A DNA stretch of 64,000 nt from an uncultured delta proteobacterium (GTDB lineage: Bacteria > Desulfobacterota > Binatia > Binatales > Binataceae): the NCBI GenBank assembly GCA_963808235.1, contig CAWEEQ010000004.1, positions 2,848,001 to 2,912,000 of the forward strand. Direction: 5' to 3'. The translations under genes and the position numbers were made by a program. The notes under the pieces are model-generated. The model saw nothing but the letters and a program-made list of their open reading frames with translations. It was not told the origin of the DNA and ran no database searches. Shown here piece by piece: positions 20,903-28,942 of the stretch (position 1 is the first letter of the stretch; every line of letters starts with the position of its first letter).

Positions 20903-21682
20903 GTGATCGATACGCATTGCCATCTCGCCGACGCGAAGTTCCGCGACAACGTCGAGGACGTAATCGCGCGCGCGTCAGCCGCCGGCGTCGCACAGATCAT
21001 CTCGGTTGGGGCGATTGGACCCATCGAGAGCGATCGCCGCACCGTCGAAATCGCGGAGCGTCACGAAAACGTCTTCGCCGCGGTGGGGGTGCATCCCCAT
21101 GACGCGACGGACTGCTCGCCCGAGCGAATCAGCCAACTGCGCGCGCTCGCCTGTTCGAAAAAAGTCGTCGCGATTGGAGAGAGCGGCCTCGATTTCCACT
21201 ACATGCACTCGCCGCGCGAGGCGCAGGAAGCGTCGCTGCGCGCACATTTTTCGCTGGCGCAAGAACTCGATCTGCCAATCGTGATTCATTGCCGCGACGC
21301 GGAGCACCGCCTGGTCGAGATTGCGTGCGAGACCGGACTACCGCGACGCGGCGGCGTGATTCACTGCTTCACCGGAAACGCCGACGCGGCCCGCGAGTTC
21401 CTGGCGCTCGGATTCTGCATCTCGTTCTCCGGGATCATTACGTTCAAGAATTCCGCGCAGATCCGCGACGCAGCATCAATCGTTCCCGACGACGCCGTGA
21501 TGGTCGAGACGGACGCGCCGTATCTCGCGCCCGAGACGTATCGCGGCAAGCGCAACGAGCCCGCGTACGTAAATCGCACGCTCGAGATGCTCGCCAATCT
21601 TCGCGGGGTCGACGCCGCCACGCTCGGCGCGCGAGTCGTCGCGAATGCCGCCCGCCTGTTCAGCCTTCCGCCGTCGCGTTAA
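20903..21682 (+). CDS. tatD: TatD-family DNase
   Basis: IDTHCHL, GVHPH, IGESGLD, IHCR, HCF, ETDAPYLAP, RGKRNEP. Confidence 0.95.
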   Translation: MIDTHCHLADAKFRDNVEDVIARASAAGVAQIISVGAIGPIESDRRTVEIAERHENVFAAVGVHPHDATDCSPERISQLRALACSKKVVAIGESGLDFHYMHSPREAQEASLRAHFSLAQELDLPIVIHCRDAEHRLVEIACETGLPRRGGVIHCFTGNADAAREFLALGFCISFSGIITFKNSAQIRDAASIVPDDAVMVETDAPYLAPETYRGKRNEPAYVNRTLEMLANLRGVDAATLGARVVANAARLFSLPPSR

Positions 21683-21684
21683 CT

Positions 21685-22377
21685 CTATCCGAGCGGATGC
21701 CCGCCGAAGATCGTCGGATGAAGCGCGACGATCGCAATTGTCAGGATCGTGCCCGCACCGATCGCAGCCCACGGAACGTCGGCGCTGGTCCATCGCTGGC
21801 GCCCGCTGATTAACGCCGCGAACGGCATGAACGAAGTCTTCGCCATGAACTCGCGATACCGTTCGCCGAGCTCGCTGATTTTTCGCGAGTCCTGATGCAT
21901 CCCGCCCAGAATTCCAAGCACCGGAAACGTCCCGAAGAAGATTACATCGCCCGCCCATCCGTTCATCAGGATGTGCGCCAATCCAAAAAGGGTGAATGCC
22001 ACGAATCCCGGGTGACGCGTGATCTTCAGCGCTCCGCGCGGTTCGCCCGAGCTTTTTGGTGCGCCAACTCCGCCCGGATTAGGGTTGATCAAACTCGCCA
22101 CGAACAGGATCAGCGCGACGAGCATCAGGATCCACGCGAGCCATCGGATCGGCGCGTTCATGCGCAAATACCAGAGCATCGGGCCCGCGTGCTTGTTGCA
22201 TGCGAACTCATAAATCAACGGTCCCAGCGTCGCGAATGCGACGATCGAGTAGATTCCGCGGTACGGCTGCTCGCCGACCGCGCTTATCAACCGGGGCCGC
22301 ACACTCGCTGACGAGATCGCGAAATGAGTGCCGAGAAACAACGCCGCCCAGAGCCCAATCCAGACCGTCGCGTCCAT
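21685..22377 (-). CDS. NnrU-family membrane protein
   Basis: LFLGTH, YRGIYS, ITRHP, TSFMPF; multiple TM helices; GGAGG RBS. Confidence 0.85.
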   Translation of the reverse strand: MDATVWIGLWAALFLGTHFAISSASVRPRLISAVGEQPYRGIYSIVAFATLGPLIYEFACNKHAGPMLWYLRMNAPIRWLAWILMLVALILFVASLINPNPGGVGAPKSSGEPRGALKITRHPGFVAFTLFGLAHILMNGWAGDVIFFGTFPVLGILGGMHQDSRKISELGERYREFMAKTSFMPFAALISGRQRWTSADVPWAAIGAGTILTIAIVALHPTIFGGHPLG

Positions 22378-22525
22378 AACGTCCTCCTGAAAATCGCCAA
22401 CGAATCATCGCAGGATCGCGGCGCCCGTCAAATGCAGCGCGCCGGTTGCAGGTGAATGGCCGCAGCGCGATTTGGCTCAACTCACAAATTGGCTTGCGCG
22501 GGGTTGTAGTCATCAGGAGTACAAA

Positions 22526-22711
22526 ATGATGATACCGATGACCCAAAGTGATGAGGTAAGCTTCGCAGAAGTTGCGGCGCGCGGCGCGAATCGTGAAATC
22601 GGCGATGGGCTAAGACTCGCGCAGGCGTGTCTGATCGAGGAAATGCTCGGCGCAGTGTTCGGATCGATCACCCTGTGGTATCTGGTGAGTTCGTTGGCCG
22701 GCCTGGCCTGA
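22526..22711 (+). CDS. Small protein (61 aa) with C-terminal hydrophobic helix
   Basis: AGGAG RBS upstream; ends 8 nt before the ECF sigma start; no recognised family. Confidence 0.55.
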   Translation: MMIPMTQSDEVSFAEVAARGANREIGDGLRLAQACLIEEMLGAVFGSITLWYLVSSLAGLA

Positions 22712-22719
22712 CAAGCGCG

Positions 22720-23223
22720 ATGGCGACGTTCAATCTGAAGTTACCGCCGCCGTTCGAGAAGGCGGTCGAAAGCATGGAGCGCGAGATCATGCGCTTCCTG
22801 ATGCGCTCGACTGGCGATCGCGAGGATGCAAAGGACCTGTTCCAGGAGACCTGGCTGCGCGCCTATCGCGCGTATCCGACGCTACAGAGCGAAGACGGGC
22901 TCCGGCCGTGGGTTTTTCGAATCGCGTCGAATCTCTGCCGCAATCGCGTCCGCGACCGGATGCGCCGTGCGCGAGTCATCACGAACGCATCCGCAAACGG
23001 CGCTGCGCTCTGTGAATCGGCGTCGAGTTCGCCCCGGCCGGACACGATGCTGCATCTGAAGAGATCGATCGCGCGCCTGCCGGGAAAGCAGGGGCAAGCA
23101 CTGATGATGCGCAAGTTCGCGGGACTCGAATACGAAGAGATCGGCATGGCGCTGAATTGTTCGGTCGAGAGCGCGCGAGCGAGCGTTTACCAGGCGCTGA
23201 GAAAATTGAAGGCTGATGAGTGA
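22720..23223 (+). CDS. ECF RNA polymerase sigma factor
   Basis: Region 2 DAKDLFQETWLRAY...WVFRIASN; region 4 LPGKQ...GLEYEEIG...ARASVYQALRKL. Confidence 0.92.
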   Translation: MATFNLKLPPPFEKAVESMEREIMRFLMRSTGDREDAKDLFQETWLRAYRAYPTLQSEDGLRPWVFRIASNLCRNRVRDRMRRARVITNASANGAALCESASSSPRPDTMLHLKRSIARLPGKQGQALMMRKFAGLEYEEIGMALNCSVESARASVYQALRKLKADE

Positions 23224-24029
23224 CGAATATGAGCATCGATAAAATAGCAACACAGTTTGCGCAGACTCCGATCGACGACGAAGTTCTCGACGCGATGATC
23301 AATGAAGCGCGACGCGGTATCGAGCGCGACCTGCAACTGATTCGGCGCCCGCAGGCCCGCGTCGGTGTGATTCCGTCGCCGGTGGGTCGCCTGCTGGTCG
23401 CGGAGAGCGATCGCGGACTCGCGGCGATTCACTACCTGGCGGTGGATAAAGGGGAGCGGACGCTCGAGATGCTGCGGCGAAAGTTCGATCTGATCGAGAA
23501 CGAGGCGAGCACTCGCAGAGTCGCCGCTGAACTCGAGCGTTTGTTCAAAGGCGACTCCTCCGCGCTCGCGCATCGCGTCGATCTGACCCTGGTCGAAAGT
23601 GATTTTCAGCGCCGAGCGCTGATCTCGCTTCGCACCGTTCCCGCCGGAGCCGTGATCACATATCAAGCGCTGGCCGGCGCGGTCGGACATCCTAATAGCC
23701 AACGTGCGATCGGAACCACGATGGCGACGAATCCGGTGGCGATCTTCGTCCCATGCCATCGCGTCATTAAGTCCGACGGCACGATCGGCAACTACGGTGG
23801 CGGCGTGGACAACAAGCTGAAACTGCTGCGCGCCGAAGGCTTTCAGGTCGGGCGCGATTTGCGACTCCCGGCCCAGGCCGTGATGGGGCATCGCAAGACG
23901 CATATCTTCTGCCGCCCTGAATGCTCGGCGGCAAAGCGCGCGGACTCGTCGCGGATGCTGATTTTCGCCAATGCGAAATCGGCCGGGCACGCCGGCCTCC
24001 GCGCGTGCAAACTATGCCGTCCTGGCTGA
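23220..24029 (+). CDS. Methylated-DNA-protein-cysteine methyltransferase fused to a C-terminal Ada Zn-binding domain
   Basis: SPVGRL, ITYQALA, RAIG, NPVAIFVPCHRV, GNYGGG, K..LL..E; C-terminal IFCRPEC...AGLRACKLCRP. Confidence 0.92.
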   Translation: MTNMSIDKIATQFAQTPIDDEVLDAMINEARRGIERDLQLIRRPQARVGVIPSPVGRLLVAESDRGLAAIHYLAVDKGERTLEMLRRKFDLIENEASTRRVAAELERLFKGDSSALAHRVDLTLVESDFQRRALISLRTVPAGAVITYQALAGAVGHPNSQRAIGTTMATNPVAIFVPCHRVIKSDGTIGNYGGGVDNKLKLLRAEGFQVGRDLRLPAQAVMGHRKTHIFCRPECSAAKRADSSRMLIFANAKSAGHAGLRACKLCRPG

Positions 24030-24046
24030 GTGCGGACTCGAGCGCG

Positions 24047-24089
24047 AAAAAAAAGGCGACGCCGAATCCGGCGCCGCCCTTTTCGTTTG
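24047..24089 (-). terminator. Intrinsic terminator, probably bidirectional
   Basis: A8-GGCGACGCCG-aatc-CGGCGCCGCC-ctttt between convergent genes. Confidence 0.8.
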
Positions 24090-24106
24090 TAGGATCGTGC
24101 GGGCGT

Positions 24107-24457
24107 TTACTCGGTCTCGCCCTGCTGCTTCATCTGCTGAATCTGCATCCGCTGCGACTCGATCTCCTGCTGCTGCTGATTCACCTGGGCCTGAGTCTGA
24201 GCGTTGGCGTTCTGCTGATTCTGCATCGAGTTGCCGACTACATAGCCGGTGCCGCCGCCCAGCGCTCCGCCGATCAATGCGCCCGCCAGCGGATGACCCA
24301 CTGCCGCGCCAACCAGCGCCCCGCCGCCCGCGCCGAGCGCGGTGCCGCCGAGAGTCCCTTCTTCACGGGTCGAGAGCGGCTGCCCGGAGCATCCCGCGAG
24401 AACCAGCGCGCCCACCAACGCGATACTTGCAATTACCCCAATTTTCTTGCGCTTCAT
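24107..24457 (-). CDS. Glycine-zipper lipoprotein, paralog 2
   Basis: Lipobox LAGC, Gly-zipper, Gln-rich C-terminal coil; AAGGAG RBS. Confidence 0.85.
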   Translation of the reverse strand: MKRKKIGVIASIALVGALVLAGCSGQPLSTREEGTLGGTALGAGGGALVGAAVGHPLAGALIGGALGGGTGYVVGNSMQNQQNANAQTQAQVNQQQQEIESQRMQIQQMKQQGETE

Positions 24458-24565
24458 AAAGAGAATCTCCTTCATCCACTGACTATACGTAAGCTGGGGC
24501 GATTTGGTTTCCTCTTTGCCCCGTATTGTTCCTGATCTCTGCCCTTGTCGCTTTATTCCCGTTTC

Positions 24566-24919
24566 CTATTCCGTCTCGCTCGTACTCTTCAATTGCTGAA
24601 TCTGCTGGCGCTGATTTTCGATTTCGCTCTGCTGAGACTTAAGTTGGCTCTGCGTCTGCGCCTGCTGCGTTTCGTTATTTTGCATCTCGTTCCCGACCAC
24701 GTATCCGCCTACTCCTCCAACGCCGGCGCCGATCGCAGCGCCCGCAAGCGGAGCACCTACTGCTGCTCCGATAATTGCGCCAGTAGCGGCCCCGAGACCG
24801 GTGCCGATGAAAGTCCCCTTCTCTCGGGTCGATAGCGGCTGTCCCGAGCATGCGGTGACCGCCACTATTGCAGCCGCTACGAATAACCCTTTGATTACCG
24901 ATGCTGCATGTCTTCGCAC
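24566..24919 (-). CDS. Glycine-zipper lipoprotein, paralog 1
   Basis: Lipobox VTAC; shares CSGQPLSTRExGT and YVVGNxMQN with paralog 2; GGAGGAGG upstream of GTG. Confidence 0.85.
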   Translation of the reverse strand: MRRHAASVIKGLFVAAAIVAVTACSGQPLSTREKGTFIGTGLGAATGAIIGAAVGAPLAGAAIGAGVGGVGGYVVGNEMQNNETQQAQTQSQLKSQQSEIENQRQQIQQLKSTSETE

Positions 24920-24939
24920 GGACTTCCTCCTCCCAGTTG

Positions 24940-24955
24940 AGCAGTTTTCGTGCCG
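24940..24955 (-). promoter_or_regulatory. Candidate sigma54 -24/-12 promoter
   Basis: Minus strand CGGCACGAAAACTGCT, GG-N10-GC, close to TGGCACG-N4-TTGC. Confidence 0.6.
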
Positions 24956-25145
24956 CCGTTCTAAACTCAGAAATTCGCGGCCAGTGGCGTGGTGTTCAAT
25001 CATTGGTCGTACAGTTTTCTACCTTCTGCGACTGCGATCAACCCTTTTGCTGCACAGATTCTACCATGGAATTCTTACCGAGTCGCAGACTTTTGCGCAC
25101 GTAGAGCGCACATAAACAAACATTTATTGCGCAAGTCTGGATTGG

Positions 25146-25940
25146 TTACGGCAATAACGCGAACATCCGCGTGGGGCCGCCTGTGCCGTCACCGATCTTC
25201 ATCGGGATGCAGAATATCGTCGCGCCCTTGGCCGGCAGCTTTTCGGCGTGCGCGAGGTTCTCGAAGCCGGGTTTGTTCGCACCGAGCCAGAGCCGATGCA
25301 CCGGGAAGTCCTTCGAGTTGCCGGGATCCATGCTTGCGGTATCGATCGCAATCGCGACGACGCGTCGATTCTTCAGAAGGAAATCTACCGCAGCGGCCGA
25401 GTAGCCCGGAAAGCGCAAGCCCGCAACGTCGCCAGGTTTGTCGGTGCCCATGTAGCGCTTCCTGTCAGGCCAGTACTTGCCCCATCCCGAGCGCGCTACG
25501 ACGATCGCGCCGTCGGGAATCTGGCCGTATGCGGATTCGTACGCCTTGATGTCATCGACGGTCAGCATCGCGTCGGGGTCGGTCGCCGCTCGCGCCGAAA
25601 AATCGATCACGGCTGCGGGCCCGATACAGTCCGTCAGTGGAACCTTGTCGAGAGTAATCCCGTCGGCATTGAAGTGCCGCGGCGCATCGCTATGCGTACC
25701 GCCATGTTCGGGCGCGGCGTAATTCGCCGACGCGTAAAAATAGTGCTCGGGAGTTTCACCGTTCTTTTCAAACTGATGCACGAAACCCTTTTCGGTCGGC
25801 CAATAGATCGTGTGCTCGTCGAAGGTATAGGTGAGGTCGACTATTTTTGTGGTGTCAATCATGTTCCCAGCCCAACCGGCTCGCGCAGCGCCGAGCGCAA
25901 ACAGCAAAATTGCGAGTCCCACACCTTTTTCAATTTTCAT
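25146..25940 (-). CDS. Exported cyclase-family (kynurenine formamidase-like) metal hydrolase
   Basis: IVDLTY, EHGGTHSDAPRHF, RFPG, IDTASMD, FENL, GTGGPTR. The ORF-track start at 26612 is over-extended. Confidence 0.88.
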   Translation of the reverse strand: MKIEKGVGLAILLFALGAARAGWAGNMIDTTKIVDLTYTFDEHTIYWPTEKGFVHQFEKNGETPEHYFYASANYAAPEHGGTHSDAPRHFNADGITLDKVPLTDCIGPAAVIDFSARAATDPDAMLTVDDIKAYESAYGQIPDGAIVVARSGWGKYWPDRKRYMGTDKPGDVAGLRFPGYSAAAVDFLLKNRRVVAIAIDTASMDPGNSKDFPVHRLWLGANKPGFENLAHAEKLPAKGATIFCIPMKIGDGTGGPTRMFALLP

Positions 25941-25975
25941 CCAAGGCGCTCCAGGAGCCATCTCCGCCCCTCCTA

Positions 25976-27295
25976 TTACTGAACGAGGAACAGATGCCAT
26001 TCGTCCGGCACGCCCTTGAGGCCATGCATTCCCCGATCGGCGAAGCGCAGTCCCGAGCCGGCGACCAAGTCTCGAACGGTGCTCGAAACCAGCACTTCGT
26101 CCGGTTCTGCAGTTGCCGCGACGCGCGCCGCAATATGCACCGCGATACCGCCGATATTGTCTCCGATCAGCTCGCACTCCCCGGTATGGAGTCCGGTCCG
26201 GACCTCTAGTCCCAGAGGACGCAATCTTTCGCGCACCGAACAGGCGCATCGTATCGCCCGATTCGGCCCATCGAAGGTGGCGAGCAGCCCATCGCCTGCG
26301 GTGTTCACCTCGCGGCCGCGAAAAACAGCGAGCTCCTTTCGCACCGCCGCATAGTAGTCGTTGAGCAGATTGCGCCATCTCGAGTCGCCCATCTCCGCAG
26401 CGCGCTCGGTGGAGCGGACTATATCGGTGAACATCACGGTCGCGAGCACCCGGTCCGGCTCCGGGCGATGGCGCACGCCGGTAATGAATTCCTCGATCTC
26501 GTCTAGAAGGAGGTCCAGCGCATCCCGATCGAGGGCTTGGAGCAAATGGTCCTCGCCAGGGAGCTCGACGTACTTCGCCCCGGAGATCTTCTGAGCCATG
26601 TCGCGCCCGCATGCGACCGGGATCGTCGAATCATCCTTGCGATGGATAATCAAGGTCGGCACCCGGATCGAAGGCAGCAAGTGACGGACATCGCTTTCGC
26701 AGTCGGCTTGAAACAGCGCATGGATAGCTCCCGGACTCGCCGCGGCTCGCTCGAGCCGGCCAAACCACTGGACGAAGGCTTTGTTCTCGCGCATGCTCGG
26801 CGCATTGATAGCGACCATGACGCCCTCGCCCCAGTGCGCATCCAGTGTGGCGAGGAATAGATCCTGTCGTTCCTGGGGCAGCGACCATGGTTCACCCTTA
26901 ATCGACGCATAGCTGCCGAACAGCACGAGGGCCGACGTTCGCTCGGGGTAGGTGGCGGCAAACATCAATGACATCGGGCCGCCTTCCGACCAGCCAAAAA
27001 CGGTCGCGCGCTTCGAGCCGGCCGCATCCAGGACCGCATGCACGTCTCCGATACGCTCTTCGAGGGTGTGCTCGGCAACCCGGTCGGAAAGCCCCTGTCC
27101 ACGTTTGTCGAATACGATTACGCGCGCGAATGAGGTGAGTCTTTTCAGGATGTACTCGTTCGCCGGCAGTTCCCAGTACAGTTCGACATGCGAGAGCGTT
27201 CCCGGCAACAGTATGATGTCGCGCGGGCCGTCACCGAAAATCCGGTACGCAATGTGAACGTCGCCACTCCTGGCGTACTTGGTTTCAGCTTCCAT
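25976..27295 (-). CDS. Alpha/beta hydrolase fused to class III nucleotide cyclase (LipJ/Rv1900c-like)
   Basis: FDKRGQGLSD, GWSEGG; cyclase domain FTDIV, GDG, GLHTGE, VHIAARV. Confidence 0.92.
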   Translation of the reverse strand: MEAETKYARSGDVHIAYRIFGDGPRDIILLPGTLSHVELYWELPANEYILKRLTSFARVIVFDKRGQGLSDRVAEHTLEERIGDVHAVLDAAGSKRATVFGWSEGGPMSLMFAATYPERTSALVLFGSYASIKGEPWSLPQERQDLFLATLDAHWGEGVMVAINAPSMRENKAFVQWFGRLERAAASPGAIHALFQADCESDVRHLLPSIRVPTLIIHRKDDSTIPVACGRDMAQKISGAKYVELPGEDHLLQALDRDALDLLLDEIEEFITGVRHRPEPDRVLATVMFTDIVRSTERAAEMGDSRWRNLLNDYYAAVRKELAVFRGREVNTAGDGLLATFDGPNRAIRCACSVRERLRPLGLEVRTGLHTGECELIGDNIGGIAVHIAARVAATAEPDEVLVSSTVRDLVAGSGLRFADRGMHGLKGVPDEWHLFLVQ

Positions 27296-27369
27296 GACGG
27301 CTCGGCCTTCCGGCCAACACTAAGCGCGCGCAACACTCGCCCTTTTTTCCTACCCGATCCACGCACTCA

Positions 27370-27391
27370 CTACCATCCGATCATTAGCGCA
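27370..27391. repeat. Copy of the ggt 3' end (direct repeat with 28943-28964)
   Basis: CTACCATCCGATCAtTaGCGCA vs CTACCATCCGATCAcTtGCGCA, 20/22 identical. Confidence 0.75.
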
Positions 27392-27422
27392 CACTCCTCG
27401 CGATTATTCCCCACGCGCGCTT

Positions 27423-27462
27423 GTTCCCCCTTCCGTCAAGGGAAGGGATTAGAGGTTAGGTC
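27423..27462 (-). repeat. Palindromic REP-like element
   Basis: Reverse complement gACCTAACCtCTAAtCCCTTCCCTTGAcGGAAGGGGGAAC is nearly identical to 35991-36028. Confidence 0.75.
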
Positions 27463-27503
27463 AGCCGAGGCTCGAGCAAAATTTCTAAATCATTCCCAGT
27501 GCC

Positions 27504-28745
27504 CTATTGCGACACTTCACTCTCGCTCTTGGCAGGTGACCGCGCGAGCGCAACGTAACAAGCAACGTTGGTCATCGACAGCGCTCCCGCCAGCCGCCAG
27601 GTCGCCGCCGTCCCGAATGCGTCCACCATCTTGCCCTGCACCGGCAACCCGATCACCCCACCCAGCGTCGACATGGTCGTGCCGAATGAGAGCAGCGTCG
27701 CGCGATTTTCGCCCGCGATCATCTCGTTGTACCAGGCGAATGCCATCGGACCCGCCATCCCCTGGGCGCACGTCGCCGCCATGACCGCGCCGAGTGCGAA
27801 CCACATCCGCCCGCCCGCGAGTCCGGCCGCAATCACCGCGGCGCTGGAGAACGCGCTCATCGCAGCGATAAACCAGACGCGCTTCTCCCACGCTCCCGGC
27901 ATCCGCGCCGCCAGCTCGAGGCCTCCGACCTGCGCCGCGATCAGCGAGACCGATACCCAACCTACTCTCCCGATTCCGGCGTTGAACCCCTGATTGAAGT
28001 AGTGCTGCCACTCCTGCCCCCAGCCGTACCACAACGACGCCGAGATTAGCCCGGCGATCGAGAGCAGGCGGACGCCGCGATGCGCGAATCCGAGCCGCGT
28101 CGAATCGATACTGCGCCGTCGAATCTCTTCGATGATCTTGCCCGGCGAGATTCGCCGCACCGTGCTGCGTCCCATCATGCCCAGTGCCGCTACTCCGGCC
28201 GCCATCCATACAAATGTGCTCAGCAGAAATGGGGCTGCGATGCTCGCTTGCCCGATGTACGCGCCGGCCAGCGACCCGCACATCCCGGTGATCTCTCCCA
28301 ACTGGAACTTGCGCGAGAAGACTGCGTCCTTCGGTCCCTCGAATCCTGCGGCGTCGAGAGCATCGACTGCCCATGCGTCGATCGGCCCGTTGCCGAAAGT
28401 GGTGCCGAGCCCGTCAATCAGCGCCGCGGCAATGAAGTACCAATAGTGATGCGAAAGGAAGTAGAGCAGAAACGCCGCCGCATGAAGGACGCATCCCACG
28501 ACGACCGCCGCGCGCCGCCCGACCGCGTCGGCAAACGCCCCGGTCGGCACGTCGGTCAGAAACGTCATCAGCACATATGACGCCGCGACCACATTGATCT
28601 GGAACTGATCGAGTCCGCGCGAACGCAGGAAAATCGGGTAGACCGCAAAGATGAACAGCGGACCGAACGCGTAGCACGCCGACACTGCGTAGTAGCGCCG
28701 AATGATCGAGCGAATCGCATCAGCGTTCTTCGGCTCGTGCTGCAT
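27504..28745 (-). CDS. MFS transporter
   Basis: About 12 TM helices; DVPTGAFADAVGRR motif A; ENRATLLS. Confidence 0.9.
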   Translation of the reverse strand: MQHEPKNADAIRSIIRRYYAVSACYAFGPLFIFAVYPIFLRSRGLDQFQINVVAASYVLMTFLTDVPTGAFADAVGRRAAVVVGCVLHAAAFLLYFLSHHYWYFIAAALIDGLGTTFGNGPIDAWAVDALDAAGFEGPKDAVFSRKFQLGEITGMCGSLAGAYIGQASIAAPFLLSTFVWMAAGVAALGMMGRSTVRRISPGKIIEEIRRRSIDSTRLGFAHRGVRLLSIAGLISASLWYGWGQEWQHYFNQGFNAGIGRVGWVSVSLIAAQVGGLELAARMPGAWEKRVWFIAAMSAFSSAAVIAAGLAGGRMWFALGAVMAATCAQGMAGPMAFAWYNEMIAGENRATLLSFGTTMSTLGGVIGLPVQGKMVDAFGTAATWRLAGALSMTNVACYVALARSPAKSESEVSQ

Positions 28746-28942
28746 CGCGCGGAGTTCGTGACGCCTCCCGAGCGCAAGTTAACAGCCAGCCCGCGCCAGG
28801 TGAAACCCTTTGAAAGGTTTCACCCCCTCCTACAAGTTAACCCCCGCGAAATGCCGTTGCGGCATTTCACTCCGTGTAGACACCGGGTGCAGGGGTCACC
28901 CCTGCCGCCAGCCGCGCAGGCGAAGACTACGATTCCTGATTC

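Noticed and set aside
25941-26612. Long N-terminal extension of the cyclase-family ORF (488 aa)
   Set aside because: Out-of-frame overlap with the hydrolase-cyclase gene; Arg-rich nonsense. The real start is near 25940.
28775-28845. Integron attC site suggested by GTTAAC-flanked hairpin
   Set aside because: Does not fit RYYYAAC/GTTRRRY, lies upstream of the gene, and no integrase is present.
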